Source: Balanoglossus misakiensis
Lineage: Eukaryota; Animalia; Hemichordata
Assembly: GCA_040954595.2 (NCBI GenBank)
Contig: CM082579.2
Coordinates: 11,087,625-11,151,624, forward strand
Direction of reading: 5' to 3'
DNA length: 64,000 nt
This document shows positions 24,601 through 39,600 of the stretch, one piece after another (position 1 is the first letter of the stretch; each line of letters begins with the position of its first letter). The translations under genes and the position numbers were made by a program. The notes under the pieces were generated by a model. That model was not told where the DNA came from. It saw nothing but the letters and a program-made list of their open reading frames with translations, and did no database searches.

Positions 24601-27600
24601 TGATTCAAATCAAAGACAAACCTTGCAAGACGTCCACCACTGGTACCAGCAGTACAATTGACCAAATCTTTAAGAAAGGCTCTTTCATTGGATTGCACAC
24701 AAAGTGGTAGATTGCCATCTAAAGCCTGGTGAACTGAAGCAGTGTTATTCAAAGCAAAACCTTTGCTCAGTAGACTGGAATGGTTGCCGAAAATCTGTGG
24801 GGTAAGACATACATATTGATAATCACTTCAAGTCAAGAAAATGTACCTTCTGCTTAAAATGCACAGCCATATATCCCTTAGTTCAAAATCAAATTAAATG
24901 TTTAACTAAGAAGTTAACTGACATTACACTCCATATACCTTTCAACATTACTAATGAAGCAAATTTGTTTGCAGAAACTGGGGACGAACACACACAGTAT
25001 GAGTATTGACAATGTACAGGACACCATTTGCACCCACGATCAACGGTGTCCATTGGCTGTATATCACCGATATAAGGTGTTCATGCAAGGCAGTGAGAGT
25101 TTACAGTTTTAACCGTGTTTATCTGACATGCAATTCAGTTGTAAAAAAGGTCCCACATTGCCCTATGATTGGTACAAGAATACAGTGCATGTACCTGCTG
25201 TGCAGTCTCTTCCAATGCATCAAGGTCCTCCTCTGCTTCTTCTGTGGTTGACGCTGGTAAAGTGACATCTTTCTTCAGCAATGACGATGCACACATACCT
25301 CCTAAATATGCCAACTCTTTCTCAAGATGAATTATTCCCTACAAATAAAATTCACCGTAAAGTTCAAAGGACATGCAATTACCTCACAAAGTCCAGCCAC
25401 AGATAACATAAATAGTGAATATCTGACCAATTACAGATTTTTAATTGGGGACGATGATACAACCAGATATGAACTGAATATACTGGGTTCGAATATACTG
25501 TATTTTTATTCATTTTATATTCCTGATGAAGGTCCTCCTAAGGACTGAAACACAGAATAACATTAACAGATTTTAACTTTATCTTCTGGAAGCAGATCCT
25601 TGTTTTCTTATCAAACCCATTGAAGCCAGCCTCAAACTTCTGACTTTCATTTTACCATCAAGAAGCACTAACTGTAGTTGGACAGACCTGGCATCATATT
25701 GACAATCCTGAACATAACATTGCCATTTAAAGTGAAGTGGCAGTATTGTTGCAATGTTTGGAGACAGCTCTTCTATCAAGCAATCAGCAATAGAACTACA
25801 ACCAGGTTTCTTACCTCTTCTGACAGGACGTTCCATTCATAACCAATCACAGTACACTTAAAACCGTACATGTTGGCCTTTTCATCTTTCACGTAGTCGG
25901 AAGCAGTGTCCAGATAGAAATGCACTTCATTACCTGAATCGAGCAAGATATGAACTTACGTCAATATGAAATGAAGTTTACAAGAAATTACAGTATATTT
26001 ATGTGTAGTCTGGTCACAAAACCATAGTATCATAGTGTCATACTGTAAAACACTTTATTTTCGCGAGCAATAAATTTACGCGAAATATGCGAGAGCCAAA
26101 TTAACATGAAAATAAAAAGTCACGTAATTTTTTTTGAAGATAACGATGCAGTGAATGAAATAAGAGAACACGAAAATTAATACTTGCGAAACAGTGGCCT
26201 CTCTCAATATCGCGAAAATTTCAACTCGCGAAAATAAAGTGTTTTACAGTATTCAACATGTTGTTGTCATTTGTAGAATATGCGTTTCCAATGTCAATTT
26301 GTGCCAAGTTTTATGACATATGGCATAAGTCTGCTGGACATTCAGTCCAAAGGACTAAAATGTGTGCAACTGTAAATGATAACCTTAGAATTATCATTCA
26401 ATTACTAAATAACATTATGATGTTGTGCTTACCTGGCAAAACAACTGTCATCGCTGGCCAGTTTGTGGACCCATAGTATTTTGTCAGGACAGGAACTAAT
26501 GGTGACTCTAGGGACTGGTCATCCTTGTTGTCATTCTTATTTGGAATAAATAACCTTAAACTGTCCTCTGGCTGAGCAGTGCCACACTGTTGATCAAATT
26601 CTACCGACACCCACTGGACACAATCTGGGAAACTTACCTAAACAGAATCAAGAAAATCAAGCCATTCTCAGTGACATGTATCTAACCATAATTTCCTCCA
26701 GAAATAATGGTGAAATTTTGGTGGAATGACATCAAACAAGCATGTGTGTTGCTATGAAAATGTTTCTAAGAAAGAATATTCTGGAGCATGTTACAAAGCA
26801 ATGGATAGTATATTGGAATTAATACTGCACGAAAAGTTGTTGAGCCACAATATTTCTCCATTTTTGTATTTAAAAATGGGCAAGTTACAGATGGCGAAAA
26901 TGTCTTTTCCTGAAAAAAAAGGAACCTAGGAATAAGTTGAAAATTGACAAGTATGAGATCAGAGAAGATGGCTGCCAATACTAGTAGTATTACTACCTAT
27001 ATCTGATAGAGCCCCTAACACAAAATGTAAAAGGTCTAATGCTTACTTTATAGGAGGCTACAGAAGCTGGCTTATATGGATGATCACTTTCTACAATAGC
27101 ATAATGCGTTGATGTTGTAATGGCATGAGTATCAGTAGGGCTGAGAGTACCACAATCCGATTGCTGGCCACTGTTCACAGAAGCAGGACTTGCTGGTTGT
27201 GCAGCTGCATGGAGATTGACAGCTGCCACATGTGGTAGAATATCCTCTATGAGCGTTAGAACTTGAACAGCGCTCTGAAATAACAAGAATTCAAACATTA
27301 TTGTGACACACCTCATCCACAGTCTGTGTTCTCATTCGTCAATCGATAGTCATGTGGTATGCGTTCTTTTTGTGCTGATACATATCAAACGACGTCATCA
27401 GTTGTCGGAACTGTTGCCCGTCGGGCATCAGTTCCGAAAAATGATGTCCGCTCACTTCAAAAAAATATATTGCGCATGCGCGAAATGGAAAGTAAACAAA
27501 GTGTCGTCTGCAGCCGAGAGAAACCATAGTTGAGAAATTTCACCACACACTTTGTGTATCATGAATTCTTATGCGTAGCTGCGAATGAGATGTGTTACAA

Positions 27601-30600
27601 AACACATATTGACTGGCTTTTCGGGCATCAGCATACGTCTTTCACCCCTCGGGACTGTGAGTCACCCCCAAAACGGACTGTTTCACTTGGCCTCGAGAAA
27701 CAGTCTGTTTTGGGGTTGACTCACAGTCCCTCGGTTTTCAGACGTATGGTGTTGCCCTTATGGTCAGTCAACATGTGTATTCTAAATTTCCAAAAAACGA
27801 GAGAGAAAAGAGTACAGTAGAGACACAACCACAAATGCGAGCTAACAAAACTTACCCGTGGGTCTGTTGATGCAACTGGGCCAATACTTGCCAGCACAAA
27901 CGGCAAAAGTGATGTGAAAATGTGCGCTGATCCTAACAGATCAAATACATCAACATCTGTGAAACAATCAAAAAGAATACGAATAGAAATTACACATGTT
28001 GCAGTTGAAATGAACATGGAGACCTCTTTTGAAGCAAGGTCTTCACACTATACGCACTCACCAATGATGATTTCTGTACCCATGGGTGCAAAAATGAAAC
28101 ACTGACCTTGAACTCTATGTGCCTCTTCCAACAGTTCAGTTGCTGCTTTGATAATGGCACTACTGATGGTGATTGCATTGTTCCTGGACTGGAGTTCTGC
28201 AGCAGCTTGACTGTTAGCGGGACTGCAGACATCACCTTCCCTTGGAATACTACAATTAGGAATAGAAGAATTATTAATTAGGAAAAGAAGACTGTTGAGA
28301 TCGGGTGTTTCACTACCTTTTGAAACGAGCACTAAACTGTGATAGGAAGGATGACTGGTGATGGTATCACTTTTGACAGGTTTACATATCGTTTATTTGT
28401 AAATTTTCTGCATGGTCATCATTTATTACCAAGGCTTTCTTTGCACAAAAAGTTATTAGAAAGGGACAGCAATTCACTAAGGAACTGCAAAATAGACATC
28501 ATGGTCAGGAGGGATCTCGTTCCCCTCCAGAGCAACTTTATAAGTCACTTAGAAAATGACGGCATTTTATGAGCATTACATGAAAATAATGTAGAAAGTA
28601 ATGCCTGCACCAAAAGGGCTCACCCAAAACTGAGTCCAAATGTTTGAAGTCATGACTGGTGGCATGCATTCTGGCACAACATCGTGGACTACAAGGGGTA
28701 TGAAATTTGTACCCCCTTGCAATCAAAAACACACTGACACCCCTTAAAAGTAAGCATTGAGGCAGAGACACTTACGAGTAATACAGAATAGTAGGAATCT
28801 GTCCCCGTGTATGTGTTGTGCCATTACTACTCAATGAACATGAAGAAAAGTTGAACGTCACACCATCTGGTCCTTTCATCTGAGATAGACCAACATCTCC
28901 ATTTGATGTCCTGTTGCCATGGTTGCGTAGACGGACTGCATATTTGACACCTTCCTGTGAATGAATACATAATAAATATCTGGTTAAAAAAGACATGAAT
29001 TATCTTCTTGAAAAATAAAAAAGGCCCCATATATGATATTGATCCGTTCACCATAATGTTTAAGCCGATTAAAGGTGGAAGTGACGTCACATGCCCAGAC
29101 TGGAGCGATGACCTAATCCGTGGTATTAGTTGGAAATACCACTCGTTGTTGTGGGTTTCAATGGAAACCTCACAGTGTCCGTCCTGTTATGTAGAAGTGT
29201 ATAATTAGAGTAATACAGACAAAGATTGAGACCTGTAAATTTTTAGGTGTTACTTGCCTTGATAGGTACTTGTCTTTCAAATCTGATCTCAGCTATATCA
29301 TTGACACAATCATCTGGTCCATATGTCCCTTTCACTATTTCAAGAGAACTCCAACGATGATTGTGGCCATCACCTCCGCCCTCAACCTGAAACAGAGGAA
29401 ATGATAATTTGTTCTTGTTTGATTGACAATGTCACTTTGCTAGATTCCCATCATTCAGGCTTTGTTAAATGCGTGAGAACAGTCCCTTATTTTATTTCAG
29501 GCTTTTCAAAATATGTCTAAATATTTTAAAGTAAACCATTGAGTTCAGGTGTAATTGTGTGCTAGTAAAACCATATGTGTTGATTATACGTTTAACGCAT
29601 TCAAATAGTCAACTGTCTTTGCTTTGCTTCCTTCCATATTTCATGCACACCTTGTACTGGGTATTCAACCCAATTTGCTGTCTTTTCCTGATATTCAACA
29701 CAGACTATGGTCGCCGCATTCTTGTCTGTTGTTAGGACAGCACACTGCCTTATAGCAGAGACTGTACACAATTTTTGTAACCAGAGTCTCTGGTTTGGCA
29801 CATGCGCATAAACGACCAGCACTGCCTTTTAATTCATACTCACATCATCAAGGAGTTCCAACTCATATTCATATTGTCCGAGTCCACCGTAAACACCGAA
29901 ACCTACAATGACTATTCCTGGCACATCCACAGAGAAACACACAGCATCGGGGGATCCATTGCCAGTATTCCAACCACGTCCTTGACTGACGCGGCTAAAT
30001 CGACTTGGTGTTGACATGACAGATCGACTGCCATTCTGAATGTTATTCTGCAATTCAATAAAGTGACAATATGGTCACCTGGAGATCAGTGTGAATGCGT
30101 GTGCATCTGTACAGTCACTTATTTGGTCCAAATCCAATTTATATTGACATAACACCTCAGCACAGAACATTCACCTCACATGTGGTAAATTACTTTCATA
30201 AAATATTAATCTTTAGACCAGATATGAACTGAATGTGGTCATGTGTAAATGGTGCGACAGATTGTAAATTATTATAAACAATACAATGTCACAAAACTCA
30301 TCACTCGGTCTGACTTTCACCTATGGTGTATGACTGCCAGGAAGTCCTAGTTGACATCTATACGCTGAAAAATTGTCATGCTTTTTAACAGGAATTGCAA
30401 ATACCCATTGATTTCAGTTGATTTCATCGTCATAATAGTCATGAGAAGTTTTGACAACATAAAAGGCACTCAATATTTAGGGTGGAAATCATCCACTGAT
30501 ATGGCCGAGCAATGCATGTTCTGTAGGGACAATGAGCATACATGTGTACACTCTTTTGAAATTCTACAAAAAACTTACCTCTGAACCTGTGGCCACAGCA

Positions 30601-33600
30601 GAAAGTTCACTAACAACACAGGCCAGCAATAAACATGTGTTGCTCACCAGAAGTGGTGGTATTGAACTGGCTTCCTATAAAATAAGTAAGTAAGACAGTT
30701 ATCACTATTCTTGAATTTATGAAGGGCATTTGTCTATATACCTGATTGGATAAACATGGATACCAGAAAAACAGAGATAACAGACAGATGATACAGACTG
30801 AGGTAATATATAGAGGAATCATGAGTCCGAGAGAGGAACAGTCATGTTCAACTTGTGTGTTGATTGCTCAATCATGCATTTTCACTGTTATTATTAGACA
30901 ACAAACAAACACAAACATTTACACTGTAACAAAACAAAGAGGAACAGCTCCCTGTGAGCAGAATAAGCTATCTGTCATTACTTGGTGCATGGCCATGAGC
31001 CCATCAAGAATAGTTGCAGAAAACCAAAAAATTTGAGAAAATCCCTTGTTCTTATCATCTCTGAGGAAGTTAACAAAGTTTCACTACACCAGTCACAGAT
31101 GTGTAATTAGTGATCATTACAGCCAGTGTTTTTGTTAAGGGCGGTACCAAGGTAAATGTTACAGGGGTTCCCCTTGTTATATCAATGCAGTCATATTGGT
31201 ATCTAGCAGAAGCGTTACCGGGGTTCCCAAGTCATTTACCAATGTTCCCCAACCTTAGCAAAAACACTGTTTTACAAGCACAACATTTATTGCTGACAAT
31301 ATCAACTTTCCTAGTTGCTTACTAAATTCATTGGGACATTGGTGTACCACCATCAAAACTTACCTTGGTCAGGACTTGTCTCACTGGCAGTACTAAAATG
31401 GATAACAATTTATCCAAAACTTCCCTGAAATTCATTACACCATGCACTTCAACACTTGGGAACTGTAAACAAAATGAAAAAAGTGGTTATTGAAAGCACC
31501 ACTTAGCAATAACTTTTTGCTGTATTTTCTGTATCTTTGTTTTGTGCATCTGCTGCAGTTTCTGGTTCAAATCCCTGAAGCAGGATGAAATGCCCAGTAT
31601 TAAGTTTGTCAACACATCCTTTATGTGTGTAGTCAGCATTGTTATTGTGCAAAATTTGAATTCAAGTCCGGACTAGAATTCATTTGTCAACGATAACAAT
31701 GGTTGTTACATGTTCATAACAGTTTTGTCAGACTCCAGTACACTCTCAGTCTGCTATCTAAATCGGCTCACAATGCAGTCACCTAAATCCTCACAAAAAA
31801 TACCGTTAAAGTCATTTTATAAGTCGCACCCCTTCTTTGAAAGACTTGTGTGGGAGGAGATTTTCAGAAAATGAAAACAACAGAACATCGGTATTATATG
31901 TCGCACCCCCTTTTCGGCACACACTGTTACTCAAAAAAGGTGCGTCTTATAAAATGACTTTAACGTACTTTCACAATATACCAACATCAGGGCCATACGG
32001 TCCACAAAATGATCACATATAACAGGTCACTAAACAGAGTCAAATAATTAAATGTGACTGGGGTGCCTCAAATTGTCCTAAACATGATCTTGTTGCAAAC
32101 TTATTTTGTTGTTGTTTGTATTATTTATTTACTACTAGCAACATCGTAAATGTGTAGAGAAGAAATGATGAGAATCTTTACCACTGTAGTCTTGTCCATA
32201 AATGACACCAGTAATGGATAGGTGACATGTTCTCCAACAAAGCTAGCACAGCCTGCATTATCATCAGTACTGAGTTGTCTTTGCATTGCTGTAATGCTGA
32301 TATCACTGTCTCTGTAGATCGGCAACAGACTAGTCAGCTTCACCGAAGGGTGGCAAAGGGCCTCCAGAACAGCTGCTAACAGACAACCATTATCCAGGAC
32401 ATTGTCACACTGCCAGATAAAAACAAAAGTTCAAATTAAGAATTTCAAGCAAAATGTTAATTCCACGGCAGCTTATTGAGATGGTCATTAAGTATAGCGC
32501 CCTCTGTGGTAGTATGTGGGATGATGGCTGGGGGTGGAAGGGACATGCACAGTGGGACTGGGGTTAGACTTCTGATGTTGTGTATGGTGTGTATGTCGTG
32601 CTGGTAGAGTCTCGTCAATAAATCTACATGTATAGTAGAAAACTAGCCGGTGTCTGCTGTAGTCTCATTATTACAACATGCATGAGTACTATAAGGATAT
32701 CAGTCAAGATCACTTATTCATTGGGTTGTTGCTAAGAACAAGACCTTTCAGGATTATTCAGTAGCATAATAAATGTACCTGCAAACACACACACAAAAAA
32801 TCAGATTGTAAAGATGGCTCAACCCTAACATTTCTGGTTCTTTGCTGTTCTATTCTCAGATGTGCACAAATCACACAGTGTGACAAGATTATGATTTAAC
32901 CCTAACACTGCGAAGTCAGTTGAAACTGGTTTGATTTCCAGGGTGCCTAGAATCCTGGCTCCCAGGCCTGTTAGACTGCCAAGTGCATGTTAATCAGTAG
33001 GGCCTATACAAGACCCTCAGACCAATACAGTGTAAACCAGTGCGATTTGGTACATTTTACAGGGGGTTCAAACTGCCAAGTGTGTCTAAGTACGTATGAG
33101 AGCCGTGTCAAGACAGTCAAAATATGTTTTAGAGGAAAAAGTGGCAAATACGTATTATAAGGGACTTGACACTCTAAACAGGCATGACACCCAGTAGCAT
33201 TAGGGTTAAACTTACCGGAACAATTTGCTTGAGTAAATGACAGAGACAGATCCATTTGAGTTGATTGGTTGGATAGAATGCATGAAAACAGCTGACAAAT
33301 GCATGATGACATTCTTGCAGAATAACATCCAACAAATGTTGATATTCTTCCTTCTTTCCACAAACTCCTTTCCTTGCTGATGCTGGCAGTGCACATTTTT
33401 CAGACAAGATTTTACACAGTAATAATCGCGTTTTTCCGACACATTCGGCGAGGGTTTCCGTCTCCGGGGTGGTTTTGCTGGTTGTTGCTACACGGAAGCA
33501 AAGATAGGTTTTGCATAAATTTATCACATGAATTAAACAGCAAAAACGGTTAAAGGGACAAAGTTTCTCTCTGGCTGCCCTTTTTTCATTAATTATGTCT

Positions 33601-36600
33601 GATACAAGATACTGTTTATGTCATTCTACATGTGGATATATAGAGAATCAACATTCAACCACACACAACTTCCATCCCACTTGTAGACACGAAAGTGAAA
33701 ACCTCGCCAAAATGAATAATTGGTTCTCTACCATTTATTCGTTTTGGGCAAGTTTTTACTCTCAAAAGGGCAGCAAGAGAGAGACTTTGTCCCTTTAAAA
33801 ACTTACCTCCATTTGGGTAGACTTTACAAATATAAGTCTTGAGAAGTCGAAGACATGCTGCACTGATGTAAACTAAACGCTGCAAGTCCAGTGAAGCAGC
33901 TGTCAAATTGATCCCTTTTAAACTCTTCATATCGATCAGGCATTTATTGAATGTTGCCCAACTCCATTCCAACAAGTTTAACAAGGATTCAAATGCCACC
34001 TGCAATGAAAGGACATTGTTATAACACAGGTTGGTTTACCAGTAAGACATATTTCTGCAGGTATTTGCACGAATGGGTAATTTTTAATTTTTATGATTTT
34101 TGAAAAACTGCCAATGTTAACCTTAAACTACATCAAAACACCATTAGCCTTCATAATGTACTTCATATGTTGATACACTGCCTCTTGGCCGAGAGACTAT
34201 TATTTGGAACAAAAACGATTCACTCAGTTTTTTTCTAATGTCACAGGTTTAGATTTTCTAATGCTGTATGTTCAGAAAGCACTGCTTTCATGAATATCAT
34301 GTGCCATTTCTGAACCCAAACCTTACCCTGCCTAGGTTCAAGTACATGTATTATACCGATAGTTCATAATGAATGCTTGCTTGACCAAGCTAAGGTCACT
34401 AAGAGAAAAATACATTACAGAATCAGGTGGTCAACTTTTCTGCAATTCAGATGAAATAATATAATTTTTGTCGAACACTGTACATTGCTTGACCGTGATT
34501 GTTCATAAGAATGCACTTACATGTGACACAGTACAACTGAACTGACTTGACAAGATATGAATTGGTTCTGTTTCCTTCACTTTGCCACTTCTGCTGCTTG
34601 TATCAGATTGGGGAAGTCTACAGAAAATCAACACAGTCAATTGTATGAATTATCACTTGCATATAAGTTACATAACAAATAAACATTAACATGTCAATAT
34701 TTTAACAAGAGAAGATTTCTACTCTAACCTGGTGACCTATGGTGTCATTCAGAATTTTCTCCTGAGCTAGGTTGAAAGGGTTAATGAGTGTCAATATGAG
34801 AAAACCAAATTATCTGAGAAAGGGAAATTTGGCAAAAATTGTAATCGAGAGTGCATTACCCCTAAAGAACTGTATTGTAATGACTACATGTCTAAACTGA
34901 ACAATTCCATTACATCCATGGAAACAGGACTGAAAGAGCGATATTGAACTCAGCCCCACAGAGCAGACAGTACAATGTCATCTAGTTGCTAAGTTGGCAT
35001 TTAGCTTAACACTAAATCTATCTGTAGAAAATGAAAAACCATTAGCATACCTGTACAACAATTGTGGAATCTGCCCTGCATTGACATCTGTTCCATTATT
35101 TGACTTCTTAGAGCTTTTGAACTGGAAAACCACCCTGTTGAGATCAAACAAAAATCATGACATCAGAATTCAACTTTTACTGTCAGAGAAATGATTTTCA
35201 CACTATCCTATGCTTGATGGGAGGCCATTCTCAGCATTACTCCTGTATGAATTTCTTATTCATAAATACATGCAATGCACAACCGCAATACCGTAGTGCA
35301 TATCATGAGAGTTTATTTCAACTTTCACTCTATCCCAAAGGCACTTTACTCTTCTGGATGCTAAATTTATACATGTCAATCATTACGGCTACAAGATCTC
35401 CTGAGACAATGGCATGCACTGTGATGACAGATAATACTAGACTGTCAACATCACATTTTTATGTAAACCAAATGGGAGCTTAGTAAAACTACAGCCTGAT
35501 ACATATTGTGATGCTCTTCTATCTTTGTCAGATGGCCAATCTCACCATACAATTTTTGGTGCCAAACAAGATATCAGGTCTGTACAGATTAATATGATCC
35601 ACACAAAAATAACCGACAAAGAACAATTTTGTCTGAGATGAACAACCTCATATAGATTAATGTGAAGGCAGAGTACTTACTGGTCATCAGATGTGACAGA
35701 CACTTGACCACTAGATCCACAATCACTGCTTGGACCTGATACTCTGGCCCATGCCACATACCAACAGTGGGCGGTTAATGGCATTGGTTCATCAAACAGT
35801 ACTGAGAATTTCTCTCTGCAATACAGACATGATACCAAATGTCATTGTGATTTAAAATATCAGTCCATTTATCAGGAGATGTACATGTTAGTTCCAATAA
35901 AATCAGTGTAGTGTATATGACAGCAACTGAAGATCCCAGTAGGTCGTGGCGACTGCAGTGGGGTTTGCGCTGGTATGGGAGGACATATTCTCATCTAAGG
36001 GGGACACCAAGGCGGCATGACGACCCGTTCTCTTTAACCCACATCATCCAAAGAGCCTGTCTGCAACAAACATCTGGCTGTGATGGTGATTTAGAGGAAC
36101 ATTGAATTGATGTTTGTTTTTACCTTGAGCCACATTCATAACTGACATCCTCTGATTCAGCCACTAATTCACCATCAGTCTCATGCTCACCACCTTCTGG
36201 ACCGAGGTCATACACCTGCAATCAATCAAACAGTATAGAATTAATCCAGCATTTTGCAGCATGCATATCAGCAAAAAAGTAATGAAATTCCCAAGTTACA
36301 CTACTTCCAGTACAATCTGATTAAAATCAGATGTTGAGTTAGGCAGTCTTTAGCTGTGGTGATCATTTTGGCTGTTTTGTTCACTGTCACCACCGAGAAC
36401 AGAACAGCCAAGAATCAGCAAAGGTAAAGACGACCGCCAACTCTACATCTGATTTTCGTCGGATTGCTTCCAGTAGTGTCTGATCACTACTGTGAGTTCA
36501 GTTCAGTTTAAGCGATAAGATATCCTAGGATAATATGAATCCCTTTACTTCAAAAAGCTAAGGCAGAGCGTCGTACAATGTCGTGAGTCTGAATATGAAT

Positions 36601-39600
36601 GGCCCTGACATTTTGAGTTGGCAAAAAAGTCTTCATCAGTTCAAGCAACTGCATAAAGAGTGATAGAAAGACTAGCCTTGATTTTGGCAGTGTACTCTCC
36701 TCTTCCACCAAATAATCCAAAACCGCCCAGTAACACATCAGCATCAACACAGAAACGTATAGCTTCAACTGAATGGCCAGAGTAGCCCCAGCCTCCACCA
36801 GGACCTATCAAGATCACATTAATGTCATTAGAAATGATAGAAGGAACTGGCTTTTATTACATTCACAGATAAAGTTATGATGTATTGTTCTTAAAGGTAT
36901 ATGGTAACCTATGCAAATATTGCTACAGTTACCATGGCAAATTGTGATTTCACCAATCACAGATTTTTAGTGGGTGGCACACGCGAAAAAAGAGTGCCAC
37001 CATAACGTGAATGACAATGGGAATCACTGAAATGACATTGACACTTCTATACTATTTGATTTGTGGTGACAAAGCCATTATGATAAGAGTATTTTCTGAA
37101 CCTCAGCAGAATAAAAAGAACTGGGGAAATAATATACATAACACATGCACAAGCCAAGTTTTGTGGTTTCCTGACAAAGAAACTGATTTGTTTATATTTT
37201 ATTTAGAGCTATAATTTTTATAATCATGTGCCACGATGCCAGTTGTCAATCATCCACTGTCATAGTGATGGTATCTCACAAGTTTTGTATGTCATGATAC
37301 TGCACTGCATTTGCCAGATGCAAGAAAACAGTCTGAAAATTTCTTGACTCTGTAGTTATTGACACATACGCTTTTTCGTAAAGAGTGTACCCTTCCAAAA
37401 CATTGTGTCATCTCCAAATAGATAACACGAAAATGAGGCCAGATAAACTTGGCTTGTGTAAGTGATAATGTATAGTATGTAGTTAAATACTTTATTTCGC
37501 AAGTTGAAATTTTCGCAATATTGAGAGAGGCCACTGTTTCGCAAGTATTAATTTTCGCGTTCTCTTATTTCATTCACTGCTATTTTGGCTCTCGCGTATT
37601 TCGCGAAAATTTATTGCTCGCGAAAATAAAGTGTTTTACAGTATATAAGTTGATTACTTTCAAATCGATTGACGGCTGTAAAGTCATCTTTGGTGTACAC
37701 TTTGGCAGATGTTTGCGAGTCTTGCTTTTCTTCTGTCACACTGACACCTGCATCCTGGGCGGCGGTTAATGTATCCAGGCAACAGAGCAAATTGAGAGCA
37801 CTATGTGACCTGGTTGTTGAGGAATCTGCTTTGCACGGAAGGGCAAACTGAGAGTCTAGAATGTTAGACTTGACGCTTGTCTTGGCGGACCCTTGGACCT
37901 CTTGCGCTTCACTGTTCAGTACATTGTAACAACAAATGCTGCTTGATGATGGATCATAACTGCAAAGAAAAAACAAACATGTTTGCTGATCTTATAGACA
38001 AAGTACTTGCATTCAATACTTCAGTTACATAATTCTTCGATATCAAATGACGTCAGATGCGTTCAGGTGCAACATTGCCATTCAAGTTTCCAACTGATGG
38101 GCAACTTCAGAAACGTTGCTGCAGACAAAGACTGTGCAGACGAAACGCCATAAGGCTGATGAGGCACCATGCCTGATAGTGATACGTTATGTGTCTGGCA
38201 TATCTAAAGCATAAACATGCCCGGAAAATATTATTTGCTCATCACCTGGAAATGACAATGCCGTGGGTCTCATGTGAATGAAAGTAAAGAATATTTTTAT
38301 ATACATGTATATGCAGGTGTTTTGAAGCTACGTAAGAGGCCTAAATCAACCTTCCGAGGTCATTTGAGGTCTTGCACATGTCTATTCGGTTCTAGTCTGT
38401 GCCCTCAATCTTGACCCACTAAACTGCCACCGTTCGCGCCATTTCAAGTTCACACCCTTCAGACATCAAATGAAGAAAACAGAGTATATACTCTACCTCC
38501 ACAATACATGATGGACAGGATCTAAACTGATGCATTTCTCTTGCAAACAGACTTGATTTGACCCACTATAATTTCTACAGCTTCCATCAGCACTGTTTAT
38601 CATCAGACATTTCACTGATGAGGCATTGTCCATTGGAATCACCCCTGAAAATGGAGACAGACCCATATTAATTGATGTGATCATATTCTTGTATGTATCA
38701 AAGTGTGATGATCATGTTTAATCTAAGGTTTCATCATCACAGGTCTGTGAGAGTAATTTGTTTGACTTTTGCCTGCAAAATTGTGTAGACTTTCAATTTA
38801 TCATACACTGACCAATTGTACAACAAAATACAAACAGAATATCAGCTATGCTGTCATTGTCTGTTGTGATGTATGTAAGGACAATATCTCTAGCAAGTTT
38901 CATAGAATTCGGTTAAGTAACTCTGGATTTACAGCTGTGGTAATTGAAGAAATTCATTAAATATGTAAATATAGAGGTATGTAAGAGTACTTCGAAGTGC
39001 ATACTCCGAGTTCAAAGACCGAGTCGGACTTCAAAGTCCGAGTACTCGGACTTGTACACTCCGAGTAGTGGCTGTACTCGGACTTGTATACACCGAGTTG
39101 CACTCCGTGCTCGGACTTGCGTACTCCGAGTTACAGTTGAATAAAAGCCAGCTTTTAAAAGCACAAATAAATTAATATTCGATATTGCGATAAAAATGTG
39201 GGAATACTTTATACTGAGCTTCCAGTCAAATCGATCGAGGGGATTTGAAAGTATCGCAACATTCAACTTTCTTTCAATCTCTCGACATGCTGTATTGTAT
39301 CATCAAAATGCACGCTCCGCGTTATTTCCGTTTGGTTAAATACTGACCTTTCCTATCTACTAGATCATATCCAAGTCTGATTTTACACTGAATTTTATAA
39401 GGAGCTCATTGGTTTGGCAATTTTAGTAGCTAAGTGAAAAGTACGCTAACGAACACGAAATGCGCATACTGCGATGCGACAATCGCCATTTTTGAATGAC
39501 CTGACCTTTGACGTCATCGGTTGAAATATGGTCGAGGTCGCACTGCGCTCATCCGATGATCGCGCGATGAATCTGACTACTCGCTTCCGCATTGTTCCGT

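Noticed and set aside
32494-32514. CTCF-like motifs (here and at ~56800)
   Set aside because: Only partial matches to the consensus; not supportable without ChIP data or a PWM score.
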